A stretch of 64,000 nt of DNA from Longimicrobiales bacterium (GTDB lineage Bacteria; Gemmatimonadota; Gemmatimonadetes; Longimicrobiales; Gaopeijiaceae): positions 3,328,001 to 3,392,000 of the forward strand of contig OZ250165.1 in NCBI GenBank assembly GCA_965238005.1, given 5' to 3'. The notes beneath the pieces are model-generated. The model was not told where the DNA came from and made no database searches. It saw only the letters and a program-made list of their open reading frames with translations. This document shows, one piece after another, positions 1 through 12,904 of the stretch. The position numbers were made by a program, and so were the translations under genes. Numbering within the stretch: position 1 is the stretch's first letter; every line of letters begins with the position of its first letter.

Positions 1-171
1 CGTGCGAACGTGATCGACCTTCACGTCCCAGAGCTTCTCGACGGCCCGGGCGATGTCGATCTTGTTGGCGCTCCTGTTCACGATGAAGGTGTAGACGTTG
101 TCCTCTTCGATGGCCCGCGCGGATTTCTCGGTGACGACCGGCGAGTAGATCACGTCGTAGACGTCACGCAT
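1..171 (-). CDS. rplW: 50S ribosomal protein L23 (runs off window edge)
   Basis: Manual translation from ATG at 171: [58 protein letters not shown]-x-x-TEK and YTF-V...ANK motifs; follows rplD. Confidence 0.95.
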   Translation of the reverse strand, partial: MRDVYDVIYSPVVTEKSARAIEEDNVYTFIVNRSANKIDIARAVEKLWDVKVDHVRT

Positions 172-1228
172 CGTCGCCCTCCTCCTGTGCGTCGGCTCCA
201 CCCGAAAGCTCGAGCAAGCGCGCGTCGTAGTGGGCCTGGGCCGTCTTGCGGCTGTCTCGGGCCTCGAGGGCCTTCACGTCGTCGGCCGAGTCGAACTGGG
301 CCAGGAAGTCGGACATGTCGCCGACCTTTGGCAGCTTCACGGACGCTACGTCGATACCGCCCTCGATGGGAGCCTCGACCTCCGCCTTCTGCGCGGCCGT
401 GGGCTTCGCGGCGGGCTTCCCGGCCGTAGGTTTCTCGGCCGTAGGCTTCGCGGCCGTGTCGGCCTTCACCTTGGGGGCCGCCCTCTTGGTCGTCTTCTTG
501 TGGCCCCTGCGAGCCTTCCTGCGCTCGGCCCGGGCCTCGGCGGCCTCCCGCTCGCGGCTCCGGACTTCCGGCTCACCACGGTCCCGGGCCGCTGCCGCGT
601 CGCGGTGCGCCTCGGACGGCTCGGCCCCGTCCAGGGCAGCTTTCTCGATGACGACCACGTTGGCCCACAGAATGTCGTAGACCGACTCCTGGCCGAAGGG
701 ACGGATCTCGACGTTCGGCAGGTTGCGGGCCGAAAGGTAGACGTTCTCGCTTGGCCCGTCCGTCAGGACGAGGACCTTCCCGTCCGCACCGATGGCCGAG
801 AAGAGCGCGAGGAGCTGCTTGGTCTTGGGGGCATCGAACTCGAGGGCGTCCACGAGGACCACCCGCTCACCCTGTGCTCGCTGGTTGAACGCGGACCGGC
901 GAGCGAGGGCCCGGACCTTCTTGGGAACCCGTTCCCTCCACGAGTGGGGAATCGGCGGGAAAGCGACACCGCCACCTGCCCACTGCGCGGCCCGAATCGT
1001 TCCCTGACGGGCGCGTCCGGTCCCCTTCTGTCTCCAGGGCTTGTGGGAGCCGCCGGCGACCTGACCACGGGACTTGGCCGCCGCCGTCCCCTGTCGCTGA
1101 TTCGACAGATAGGCCTTGATCACCTGGTGGAGGACGTCCTCGTTGACGACCCCGTCGAAGAGCCACTCGGGGAGATTCTGTTCCCCGCCTTGGGCTCCAT
1201 CACTCTGGTAGTAGCGTGCTTTAAGCAT
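164..1228 (-). CDS. rplD: 50S ribosomal protein L4 with ~145 aa C-terminal extension
   Basis: [29 protein letters not shown]4 signature; S10 operon position. Confidence 0.97.
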   Translation of the reverse strand: MLKARYYQSDGAQGGEQNLPEWLFDGVVNEDVLHQVIKAYLSNQRQGTAAAKSRGQVAGGSHKPWRQKGTGRARQGTIRAAQWAGGGVAFPPIPHSWRERVPKKVRALARRSAFNQRAQGERVVLVDALEFDAPKTKQLLALFSAIGADGKVLVLTDGPSENVYLSARNLPNVEIRPFGQESVYDILWANVVVIEKAALDGAEPSEAHRDAAAARDRGEPEVRSREREAAEARAERRKARRGHKKTTKRAAPKVKADTAAKPTAEKPTAGKPAAKPTAAQKAEVEAPIEGGIDVASVKLPKVGDMSDFLAQFDSADDVKALEARDSRKTAQAHYDARLLELSGGADAQEEGDDA

Positions 1229-1231
1229 GCG

Positions 1232-1849
1232 TCACTTCTGGATCAACAGATAGCTGTTCCTGGACCCGGGCACCCCACCCTTGATGAAGAGGAGGTGGCG
1301 CTCGGCGTCCACTCTCACGACCTGCAGGTTACCGATGGTGGTTCTCTTCCCGCCCATGCGGCCCGGCAGCTTCTTGCCCTTGATGACTCGAGACGGATCG
1401 GTCCCGGGTCCCAGGGAGCCCGGAGTCCTCGCCGCCGAGTGGCCGTGGGAAGCCGGGAGCCCTGCGAAGCCCCAACGCTTCACCACGCCCTGGAATCCAC
1501 GCCCCTTGGAGGTGCCCGTCACCTTGACCTTGTCACCCGCCTCGAAGACCTCGACGGTGACCGACTGCCCGAGCTCGAACTCGTCGCCTTCGGCCACCGG
1601 GAACTCACGCACGAGTCGGGGCGCCGCTTCGACGCCGGCCTTGGCGGCATGGCCCTTCTCGGCCATGCTGGCGCGCTTGTCCTTCTTGGACCCGAAGCCC
1701 AACTGAACAGCAGAGTACCCGTCCCTCTCCTCGCTCTTGATCTGGAGCACCGGGCAAGGGCCCGCCTCCACGACCGTCACGGAGAGCGCGGCTCCATCCT
1801 CGTCGAAGATCCGGGTCATCCCGATCTTCTTTCCAATCAATCCGGGCAT
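1232..1849 (-). CDS. rplC: 50S ribosomal protein L3
   Basis: [40 protein letters not shown] motifs. Confidence 0.98.
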   Translation of the reverse strand: MPGLIGKKIGMTRIFDEDGAALSVTVVEAGPCPVLQIKSEERDGYSAVQLGFGSKKDKRASMAEKGHAAKAGVEAAPRLVREFPVAEGDEFELGQSVTVEVFEAGDKVKVTGTSKGRGFQGVVKRWGFAGLPASHGHSAARTPGSLGPGTDPSRVIKGKKLPGRMGGKRTTIGNLQVVRVDAERHLLFIKGGVPGSRNSYLLIQK

Positions 1850-2157
1850 CAGTCGACCCTAATCTCGACGTCCACGCCAGCAGGAAGATCGAGCTTCGTC
1901 AGCGCGTCGACCGTCTGCGGACGGCTCTCGACGATGTCGATGAGCCGCTTGTGCGTCCGAAGCTCGAACTGCTCGCGGCTCTTCTTGTCGATGTGGGGCG
2001 AGCGCAGCACCGTCCAGCGCTCACGCCGCGTGGGCAGCGGGATCGGTCCGCGCACGGTCGCGCCGGTCTTCTGCGCCGTCCGCACGATGTCGGCCGCGGT
2101 CTGGTCCACGAGCCAGTGGTCGAAGGCCTTGAGCCTGATTCGAATCCTGTCTGCCAT
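1849..2157 (-). CDS. rpsJ: 30S ribosomal protein S10
   Basis: [32 protein letters not shown]. Confidence 0.99.
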   Translation of the reverse strand: MADRIRIRLKAFDHWLVDQTAADIVRTAQKTGATVRGPIPLPTRRERWTVLRSPHIDKKSREQFELRTHKRLIDIVESRPQTVDALTKLDLPAGVDVEIRVD

Positions 2158-2478
2158 GTCTTCCTCTCACTGCGGGGCCGGTGGGCCCCGCGGGCTCTGC
2201 TGCTCTGTTCGCGACGGCGGAGTGGAGGGAGCAGTTGCCTCCTCCGCTACACCGTAGGCCGGGACGCTGCGGAGGCAACTGCTCACTCCGCTCCTGTAGT
2301 CCGTGGCCATTCGCCTGCGCTCGCGGGGCAAAACACCGGCCCCGCCCTTCGTTCCATCTAGCTTCCCATCTAGCTTCCCCAGCCTTCCATCCAGCTTTCC
2401 TAGCTTCCCGCCAACGCCCGCAGTGAGCGCCCGCCTGGGCGTGCGCACAGAAGGCCGGCAAGCTGCCGGAGCCCCGAC
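2153..2478. repeat. tuf-downstream intergenic element, copy 1 (paralogous to 26905-27331)
   Basis: Shares gccatgtcttcctctcactgcggggccggt, the hairpin gagcagttgcctcc...ggaggcaactgctc (2229-2284) and cccgcccttcgttccatctagcttccc with the spacer after the other tuf. Confidence 0.85.
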
Positions 2479-3669
<1,191 letters not shown>

Positions 3670-3711
3670 GGTTCTTCCTCGCGGGCTTCCTATGCCCGTT
3701 CCTGTGATCCG

Positions 3712-5814
<2,103 letters not shown>

Positions 5815-6086
5815 CTATCTCTATTCCGTCTGTCTCTATCTGTCTCTATTCCGTCCGTCTCTGTTCCGTCTGTTCAATCGTCCCGGTCGACTTCCCTGGG
5901 CGCCGCATTGTCGGCGAAAAAAAGCGCACGAGCCACTCGAAGCAGGAAGCGCGTCCTTCCTTCCAGCTGCCGTAGCCTGTCACCGGCAGCCTCCGCGCTT
6001 CGTGCCTCGTCGCTCAGTGCGCGAGACAACAGGTTGAGCTTTACCAGGCCTTTTTTAGCGGCAACTGGCGCTCGAGCGGATTTTGA

Positions 6087-6557
6087 CTACCAGCGATAGT
6101 GGGCGAACGCCTTGTTCGCCTCCGCCATCCGGTGCGTGTCGTCCTTTTTCTTGATAGTCGCGCCCTCTCCCCGGCTCGCAGCCAGGAACTCGTACGCGAG
6201 TCGCTCACCCATCGTCTTCTCCCCGCGACTGCGGGCGAAGCTGATGAGCCAGCGGCTCGCAAGTGCGGCCCGACGCTCGGGCCGGACCTCGATGGGAACC
6301 TGGTACGTGGCACCACCGACGCGCCGGCTCTTCACCTCCAGAGCGGGCTTCGCGTTGGTGAGCGCCTGCGTGAAGATGTTCAGGCCTGGCTGGCCGGAAC
6401 GCTCCTCGCAGATCTCCAGAGCTCCGTAGAATATCTTCTCTGCCAGGGACTTCTTCCCGCCGACCATGAGGTTGTTGATGAACTTCGTCACCTCGGCCGA
6501 ATCATACTTCGGATCTGGGATGAGCTCCCGGCGGACTGCCCTGCTGCGACGACTCAT
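6087..6557 (-). CDS. rpsG: 30S ribosomal protein S7
   Basis: [28 protein letters not shown]. Confidence 0.99.
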   Translation of the reverse strand: MSRRSRAVRRELIPDPKYDSAEVTKFINNLMVGGKKSLAEKIFYGALEICEERSGQPGLNIFTQALTNAKPALEVKSRRVGGATYQVPIEVRPERRAALASRWLISFARSRGEKTMGERLAYEFLAASRGEGATIKKKDDTHRMAEANKAFAHYRW

Positions 6558-6567
6558 ACCCTATCCG

Positions 6568-6939
6568 CTACTTGGGTCTCTTGGCGCCGTACTTCGACCG
6601 ACCCTGGCGCCGATCACCGACACCGGAGGCATCCAGGGTCCCCCGGACGACGTGGTACCGCACTCCGGGCAAGTCCTTTACCCGTCCACCTCGAATGAGC
6701 ACGATCGAGTGCTCCTGGAGGTTGTGTCCTTCCCCACCGATATATGACGTCACCTCGTACCCGTTGGTCAGCCGCACCCTTGCCACCTTTCGAAGAGCCG
6801 AATTGGGCTTCTTGGGGGTGGTGGTATACACCCGGGTGCAGACCCCTCGCTTCTGAGGGTTCTTCTGCAACGCAGGGGACTTGTTCTTCTTCTGATGCTC
6901 GCGCCGTCCCTTGCGAACGAGTTGGTTGATCGTAGGCAT
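6568..6939 (-). CDS. rpsL: 30S ribosomal protein S12
   Basis: [40 protein letters not shown]. Confidence 0.99.
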   Translation of the reverse strand: MPTINQLVRKGRREHQKKNKSPALQKNPQKRGVCTRVYTTTPKKPNSALRKVARVRLTNGYEVTSYIGGEGHNLQEHSIVLIRGGRVKDLPGVRYHVVRGTLDASGVGDRRQGRSKYGAKRPK

Positions 6940-7061
6940 GTCAGCCCAGGTTCATTTCGTCAAAAAAACGCGCTTGCTAACGCGCTTTCAAAGCGCGGGT
7001 CCTAGCGCGGTTTCGTGTAGGAGCCGCCGACGCTTCGGGGCGTCCGTTGCAAAGACTAGAA

Positions 7062-7090
7062 AAGTTAAAAGAGGCTCGGGGGGGTGTCAA
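7062..7090 (-). promoter_or_regulatory. sigma70-type promoter of the str (rpsL) operon
   Basis: Minus strand reads TTGACA-N17-TAACTT, about 120 bp upstream of rpsL. Confidence 0.7.
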
Positions 7091-7135
7091 CGGGGTGTTC
7101 CGCCCCGAAAACCGGCTTCGGCCGGGGCATTTTTT

Positions 7136-7152
7136 GGGGGGGGGGGGGGGGG
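7136..7152. repeat. G17 homopolymer tract
   Basis: 17 consecutive G after ttttt, between the str promoter and the inserted cluster. Confidence 0.9.
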
Positions 7153-7310
7153 TGAGGTGCCCCGCCATCGCTCGAAGCGATCCCATGAGCCTCCGGCGCA
7201 GTGTCAGGCCCCGGAGATGTCCTTCCGCCGGTGAGGTCCGGCCCAGGAGGACTCCATTGTCTGAATGGTTATCAGGGGAGTGGGGATCGCGCATCAAGCA
7301 TTCGGCCTTC

Positions 7311-8483
7311 CTACTCCCTATTCTCTACTCCCTTTCTTCCGCCGCCTATAGCTACCGGAGTTCCCCACCCCCCCACTGGACGCAAGGATCGCTGTCGGAC
7401 CAGCGTCGGCACCTGTGTGATGAAGTGCGCCGTTCGCAAGACACACTCCCACAGTTGAAACGGCAATCTGGGCAGTTCATTGAACGGCCCTCCGACGCCT
7501 ACCGTAGCCTGTATCGGATTGGGCCAACGGAGACGAATTGCTTTTAGCAGATGGGCGGGGTGCCGGAAGGAGTACGCCATCGACGGAGTATCCATATAAT
7601 GCTCCTCGATCGACCACTGGCGGAGCACTGAGGGAAGGAGCCATCGGGGCAGGTGTCTGGCCCTCTCCGCCGTCGGAATGCCGTCCAGGCGGGCCCCGAG
7701 AAGCTGGTGGGCCAGACACACGGTGGATGCCACCCAATCCGCGCGCCGCCGGTCTCCCCGCAGTAGATACTCCCAATCAAAATCCTCGGGCAGAGATTCC
7801 AGCACGACGGCGATGTCGCACAGCCACAGAGGGCGGAAGGCCCCATGGCCCAACATGTGTATGCACATGTAGCGGAGATGATCTTCGGGTCCCAATATCC
7901 GCACGTCGACGTCGCCCAGCAGTACCTGCTGGGAACGCTCGTAGACATCATCCAGCGAAGGGCGGTGGAGCTGGGGCAGACCCTTGTGCAAATCGACTAC
8001 GCCCGTCTCGGCCGCCGGAGTGGCAAGTGCAGCCGCCGCGACCGAATGCTGTTCCGGCCGAACACACAGGTCGATGTCCCCATAAGGTCGCAGCCCACGT
8101 TCGGGGTAAAGTCGAGCGATTGCCCAGCCCTTGACCAGCAGAGGGTCCACACCGGCTGACTGAAGGAGCGTAATGGCCTGAACGACTTGGCGCTCGTGGC
8201 GGGCAGCCTGGAGAGTGTAAAGGCGGTACGCCTGCCGAAGTTCGTGAGCGGCGGCGGAGATGCGGAACTCGGACGACCGCACCCGCCACCACCCCAAACT
8301 CGCTGCTCCGGTCCCGAGAAGGAGCGGCGTGACCTCGGCCAGCGCGCTAGGAGAGAGAGACAAGGGTGGTGGGTTATTGCGCCACGAGCCAGCGAGCACC
8401 GATGCTACCAGCTTGCCGCGTGGCCTCAGCTTCTGGTCAGGGTGTAGACGCGGAATGCCGCGATCCCACTGCACGTATTCCAC
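7311..8483 (-). CDS. Nucleotidyltransferase family protein (NTP_transf_5-like), module B
   Basis: LLVKGWAIARLYPERGLRPYGDIDLCV (K-G...R...D-I-D) and VDLH motifs; paralog of 10466..11632. Confidence 0.85.
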   Translation of the reverse strand: MEYVQWDRGIPRLHPDQKLRPRGKLVASVLAGSWRNNPPPLSLSPSALAEVTPLLLGTGAASLGWWRVRSSEFRISAAAHELRQAYRLYTLQAARHERQVVQAITLLQSAGVDPLLVKGWAIARLYPERGLRPYGDIDLCVRPEQHSVAAAALATPAAETGVVDLHKGLPQLHRPSLDDVYERSQQVLLGDVDVRILGPEDHLRYMCIHMLGHGAFRPLWLCDIAVVLESLPEDFDWEYLLRGDRRRADWVASTVCLAHQLLGARLDGIPTAERARHLPRWLLPSVLRQWSIEEHYMDTPSMAYSFRHPAHLLKAIRLRWPNPIQATVGVGGPFNELPRLPFQLWECVLRTAHFITQVPTLVRQRSLRPVGGWGTPVAIGGGRKGVENRE

Positions 8484-8492
8484 CGCGTAGAT

Positions 8493-9029
8493 TCATAGAC
8501 AGTCGTCGTCAACACACTCAGTAGCATCTGCTACACAGCATACACCAGGATCACCGCATATTGGCGAGTTGCCGCAAAAAGGAGGAAAACGGGTTTCGCA
8601 TTGTCCCGCACTAATACACCCAGATGCTTGTGCCGCCGCCACCGGCGCGACGATCGATGCGATCACCGGTAGGAGGATCGAGATCCCTGCAACCGGTCGC
8701 AGGGTTCGTAGCACTTCCCGCCGCGAGTATTGGGCCCTATCTGCCGGCAGTGTCAGCGGCTCACTCGGCAAGCGTGCCCTGCCCAAGCGGTCCAGCGCCA
8801 TCCACACCACCGCTTCGTCGGCCGGAATTTCCAGTTCCTTTTTCAGCAGCGCGGCTACATCGGCCACGCTCGTTCGTCCATCGCAGTGCTGCCAGACCAG
8901 GGCGGCCGTGCGATTCAGGCAACGGGCCTTGTCACGCTTCAGGTCGTATACCAGGGTTTCGTCCTGTAGCTCTTCGACGGCCGGCTCGCCATGCCTCGCA
9001 CGGGGCATCAGCGCGCTTGTCGTTTCCAT
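8493..9029 (-). CDS. PqqD/RRE domain fused to twin-arginine-like signal and 8-Cys core (putative precursor), module B
   Basis: ETLVYDL...CLNRTAALVWQHCDGRTSVAD (PqqD LN-TA--IW---DG pattern); SRREVLR + hydrophobic stretch + AAAQ; 44 aa tail with 8 Cys. Confidence 0.8.
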   Translation of the reverse strand: METTSALMPRARHGEPAVEELQDETLVYDLKRDKARCLNRTAALVWQHCDGRTSVADVAALLKKELEIPADEAVVWMALDRLGRARLPSEPLTLPADRAQYSRREVLRTLRPVAGISILLPVIASIVAPVAAAQASGCISAGQCETRFPPFCGNSPICGDPGVCCVADATECVDDDCL

Positions 9030-9118
9030 CGGTATCTCATTCCGAATCGATGGCGCGTGCTGACACTACCACGATTCCCGCGATGCGCACAAGCCACAAC
9101 TCGTCCCGAGCTACCCGT

Positions 9119-9925
9119 TCACGAGCCTCGGCCCGCCTGTTCCGTCAACCGGCCTAGGAGGACTTCGGCGACTTCGGCGGCCTCACCGCGCGCGCCCTTC
9201 ATCACCGTCGCCTCGGCCACGGTCGAGCTCAGCGTCGCGAAAACCCGCTCCGGATCACGTCTGGCGGGGACGGTGTGGTTCAAGAGCTCCAGCACCGCCC
9301 GCCCAGGCGAAAGCGGGCGCGGTCGCCAGCGTACACCGGGCCGGTAGCTGGTCTCAACCACCAAACCTACCGGGAGCGGCCTGACACCGGTTTTCCCGCC
9401 CAAAGCTTCCGGGCGGATCTTCTTCGGGCGCCCACCTCCGTTCTGCCGCATCGACAAAGCCTTGGGATACGGATGCACCCGACCATGCTTGTCAAGAACG
9501 GCGTATTCATCTGAGTAGTACGTCGCCCCCGCTTCGACCAAGGCCTTGATCAGAGTGGACTTGCCGGTCATCGTGCGCCCCGGGACGACGATGGCCCTGC
9601 CACGCCAGCCCACGACGCCGGCGTGGACAAAAACCCTGCGGCGGGCATGATCCGCGATGTGTATCTGCATGTGCCCTTCGAGGGCATCCAGTGCCTCGTC
9701 CGTGTCCTTCGTTCGTGCCAACCCTCGCGCGCCCACATACAGAACGTTGAAACGGCGACGGTTGGAGCCGACCTTGGTGCCGCTGGCTATCAGCGAATAC
9801 AAAAAATCCACGCGGGGGCCGCGAGCCGGCTTCACATCCGGCGGAAGCACTCCTTCAATCCGATCCAGGATCTCCGGGCTGCTCACCCGGATCCCAATAC
9901 GTACTCCGTGGGAGACGAACGCCAT
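9119..9925 (-). CDS. HPr-kinase-related P-loop Ser/Thr kinase, module B
   Basis: FVHAGVV...PGRTMTGKSTL (Walker A) and YYSDE; near-identical to 13551..14393. Confidence 0.8.
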   Translation of the reverse strand: MAFVSHGVRIGIRVSSPEILDRIEGVLPPDVKPARGPRVDFLYSLIASGTKVGSNRRRFNVLYVGARGLARTKDTDEALDALEGHMQIHIADHARRRVFVHAGVVGWRGRAIVVPGRTMTGKSTLIKALVEAGATYYSDEYAVLDKHGRVHPYPKALSMRQNGGGRPKKIRPEALGGKTGVRPLPVGLVVETSYRPGVRWRPRPLSPGRAVLELLNHTVPARRDPERVFATLSSTVAEATVMKGARGEAAEVAEVLLGRLTEQAGRGS

Positions 9926-9961
9926 CCCTGCCGCCCACCCAAGGCGGTCGATTTTCTTTTG

Positions 9962-10036
9962 TCAGGTAGATCGCCACACCAAGACCATATCGTCAGCGTC
10001 GCGCAAGTACGGTCGAGATCCATTGTGCTGTTTCAT
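9962..10036 (-). CDS. Putative 24-aa small ORF upstream of kinase B (MKQHNGSRPYLRDADDMVLVWRST)
   Basis: ATG..TGA, 75 nt, collinear with an equal-length ORF at 14394..14468; no clear RBS. Confidence 0.3.
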   Translation of the reverse strand: MKQHNGSRPYLRDADDMVLVWRST

Positions 10037-10465
10037 CGGCAATTCGTCGCTCAAGGGGTTGTCTGAGAAGGAGTCGTGCGGTCAGGGTGCATGCACAAAG
10101 ATAGGCCCACGAGCCAAAACCAGGGAGATTTAGTTACGCAACGTCACCTTCAAAGGCGACGCTCCGAGGCAAAGCCGCGTTTACGCGGCGAGGCCGTGGA
10201 GCGAGCGTCGATCCACCGCGCCCCCAATCACCTTCCCGCCAACGCCCTCCCGCCACAACGATTGAGTTGCAGACCGTCACAGCACGCATGATCCGAGGCG
10301 CGGCCGCGGACCTCCCCGCACCCAAGTATCCTCCCGCCAATGCCCAACAACCGGCATGCCAAAAAGCCGCGCGGGACGGAGGATTTCGGGGGGTCGAACG
10401 ATGAGCAGGCGAGCGCGGATTGCGCAACGAGCATTCGGCCTTCCTGCTCGTTGACGCCCTACTCC

Positions 10466-11632
10466 CTATTTTTTTCGGTTTCTGGCAGCCGGAGGTCCCC
10501 ACCCCCCCATAGGGCGGAGGGATCTCTCGCGGACCCGCGTCGGCACGTGCCTGATGAAGTACGCCGTCCGCAAGACGCATTCCAACAGTTGAAACGGCAA
10601 CCTGGGCAGTTCATTAAACGGCCCTCCCACGCGTACCGTGGCCTGTATCGGATTGGGCCAACGGAGGCGAAGCGCTTTGAACAACCGGGTGCGGTGCTTG
10701 AGGAACGACCCCATCAACGCATCATCCATGTAGTGCTCCTCCATCGACCACTGGGTGAGCACTGCCGGAACAAGCCACCGAGGCAAACGCCTGGTCCTCT
10801 CGCCCGTCGGAATGCCGTCCAAACGGGCCCCCAGGAGCTGGTGGGCCAGACACAGTGTGGACGCTACCCAATCTGCGGGCCGCGGATCTCCCCGAAACAA
10901 GTACTCCCAATCGAAATCCTCGGGCAGAGTTTCTAGTACAACGGCGACGTCGCACAGCCACAGAGCGCGGTGCAGGCCGTGCTGGAGCATGTGTACGCAC
11001 ATGTAACGCAGATGATCTTCAGGCCCCAAGATCCGCACGTCGACGTCACCGAGCGGTACAAGCTGGGATCGCCGGTAGACATCGTCCAACGAAGGGCGGT
11101 GGAGCTGCGGCAGGCCGGCATGCAGATCGACCGCGACCTTTCCGGTGGTCGGAGCAGCGAGTGCAGCCGCCGCTTGCGCATACTGTTCCGGCCGAACGCA
11201 TATGTCGATATCTCCAGAGGGCCGCAGCCCACGTTCGGAGTACAGACGAGCGACTGCCCAGCCCTTGACCAACAGCGGCTCCACCCCCGCTGACCGAAGT
11301 AACGTGATGGCCCGGACAATCAACCGCTCCTGGCGACCAGCCGCGAGAGTGTAATGGCGGTATGCCTGCCGAAGTTCATGTGCGACGGTCGAGGCGCGTA
11401 GCTCCGACGACCGCACCCGCCACCACGCGAGGCCCCCAGCGCCCCAGCCGAGCAGTAGGGGTGCGACCTCGGTGAGGGCGGCGGACGTCAGAGACGAAGG
11501 CCAAGGTGGTGAGGGCGTGCGCCAAGCGCCGACGAGGGCCGCGGCCACCAACTTACCGCGTCGCCTCGGATCGCTGGCGGCGCCCGGATCCGGAAACGAC
11601 GACGTCACCGCCCTATCTCCGCTTCCTTCCAC
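10466..11632 (-). CDS. Nucleotidyltransferase family protein (NTP_transf_5-like), module A
   Basis: LLVKGWAVARLYSERGLRPSGDIDICV, VDLH; true start may be GTG at 11608. Confidence 0.85.
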   Translation of the reverse strand: MEGSGDRAVTSSFPDPGAASDPRRRGKLVAAALVGAWRTPSPPWPSSLTSAALTEVAPLLLGWGAGGLAWWRVRSSELRASTVAHELRQAYRHYTLAAGRQERLIVRAITLLRSAGVEPLLVKGWAVARLYSERGLRPSGDIDICVRPEQYAQAAAALAAPTTGKVAVDLHAGLPQLHRPSLDDVYRRSQLVPLGDVDVRILGPEDHLRYMCVHMLQHGLHRALWLCDVAVVLETLPEDFDWEYLFRGDPRPADWVASTLCLAHQLLGARLDGIPTGERTRRLPRWLVPAVLTQWSMEEHYMDDALMGSFLKHRTRLFKALRLRWPNPIQATVRVGGPFNELPRLPFQLLECVLRTAYFIRHVPTRVRERSLRPMGGWGPPAARNRKK

Positions 11633-12764
11633 GCTTCAGGATCACCTGGTCCATCCGGGCTCCCAGACTGTTGAACAGCACGGTTCGATCCGAGGAGCTC
11701 ATGGTGGCTGGAACCGCCTGCTCGAGGACCGTGAGCGTCTGCGGGCTGCTCTTGAATGCACGCCAGAAGCGATGGGCGGCGAAAACCAGCTCGGGAACGC
11801 CGAACGGTGGCGATTTCAGGTTGGCTTTTCTAGAGATCTCGAGGGGTTCGTCGCCCCGAGCCAATAGGCGGAGGACGGGGGAAAGATCGGTCAGAATCCG
11901 ATGGGCTCCTTGTAACGAGGGCGGCTCAGGCGACAGCGCGCATGTGTGTCTCAGAATACGCTCCGCCAACGCCAGCGCAGCGAGCATTGCTTCCGAGCTC
12001 AAGCTGAGCAGGCCAAGCCGGAAGGGTGATGCCAGCGCCAGCAACAAATCGTCTGTCGCGTCGCGGGCGACGGGGCGGGACGGTAGATCCAGGCCGAGAA
12101 GCCGAGTCCCACGATCTACGCGGGAACCCAGCGCGGCACGATCGGCCGACGCATCGTTCAGCACGTCGCCGAAGCGGGCATGGTCCAGGGCCTGGGAACA
12201 CACATCCCGGAAGGTCGATTCCCTCGCCACAACGGCTCGCGGACCGAGATCGGGGTGTAAACGGGTAGGTGTCAGAAACGACTTCACGTATCCCGGATCC
12301 AGCATTCGGCTGTCACGGATGGCGGCCTCGAGGTCGGCGTGGGTACCCTCAACGGCCCCGGGCGATGCCGGGACCTGCAAACGCAGGGGACACAGGAAGT
12401 GCGGGCTGACGGCAACCGCGGCCCCGATCCGGGTGAACACGTTGAACGGAAAAGTCACACAAACCCCCGGCTTGGTGCCCTTTCCGTGCTCCTTTTCAAT
12501 ACGGCACTGGAGGTCGGCGTCGAGGAAAAAGCACCCCCCGGAGGGCGTGGCGATATTGACCTGATCGGCTTGACGGCTAGTGGACACGCTGCCGAGGGCT
12601 GGATAGATCTGTAGCAGCTTACGCATCTCACGCTCGAGGCTGCCGCCGAAGCCATCCCCGCGGCAGCACAGTGCCGTGCACTCCGCACAGACGTAGTGAT
12701 AAACGCCGTCCGGAAACGCGAAGAAGAACGAGCCGTCCTGACTATCCGTGGTTGGTGCGGGCAC
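11613..12764 (-). CDS. YkgJ-family (CxxCxxCC-type) cysteine-cluster protein
   Basis: YVCAECTALCC ... GGCFFLDADLQCRIEKEHG...KPGVCVTFPF pattern; RBS GGAGGAG before GTG. Confidence 0.75.
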   Translation of the reverse strand: MPAPTTDSQDGSFFFAFPDGVYHYVCAECTALCCRGDGFGGSLEREMRKLLQIYPALGSVSTSRQADQVNIATPSGGCFFLDADLQCRIEKEHGKGTKPGVCVTFPFNVFTRIGAAVAVSPHFLCPLRLQVPASPGAVEGTHADLEAAIRDSRMLDPGYVKSFLTPTRLHPDLGPRAVVARESTFRDVCSQALDHARFGDVLNDASADRAALGSRVDRGTRLLGLDLPSRPVARDATDDLLLALASPFRLGLLSLSSEAMLAALALAERILRHTCALSPEPPSLQGAHRILTDLSPVLRLLARGDEPLEISRKANLKSPPFGVPELVFAAHRFWRAFKSSPQTLTVLEQAVPATMSSSDRTVLFNSLGARMDQVILKRGRKRR

Positions 12765-12904
12765 GCCCTGCTCCTCCGCTCATTTCATGTGGCGCCGATC
12801 GTTGATGGTGACCGCCAGGGTGGGGGGAAGCGCGCCGGAGTGGGCCTAACGTACAGTCTTACCGCGGTTGGCTGGACATGCCCATTCGCGAAATGTCGTG
12901 ATCT

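Noticed and set aside
10046..10430. ORFs in the inter-module spacer (e.g. 10134..10580)
   Set aside because: Overlap the NTase end, have no motifs and show random-like composition
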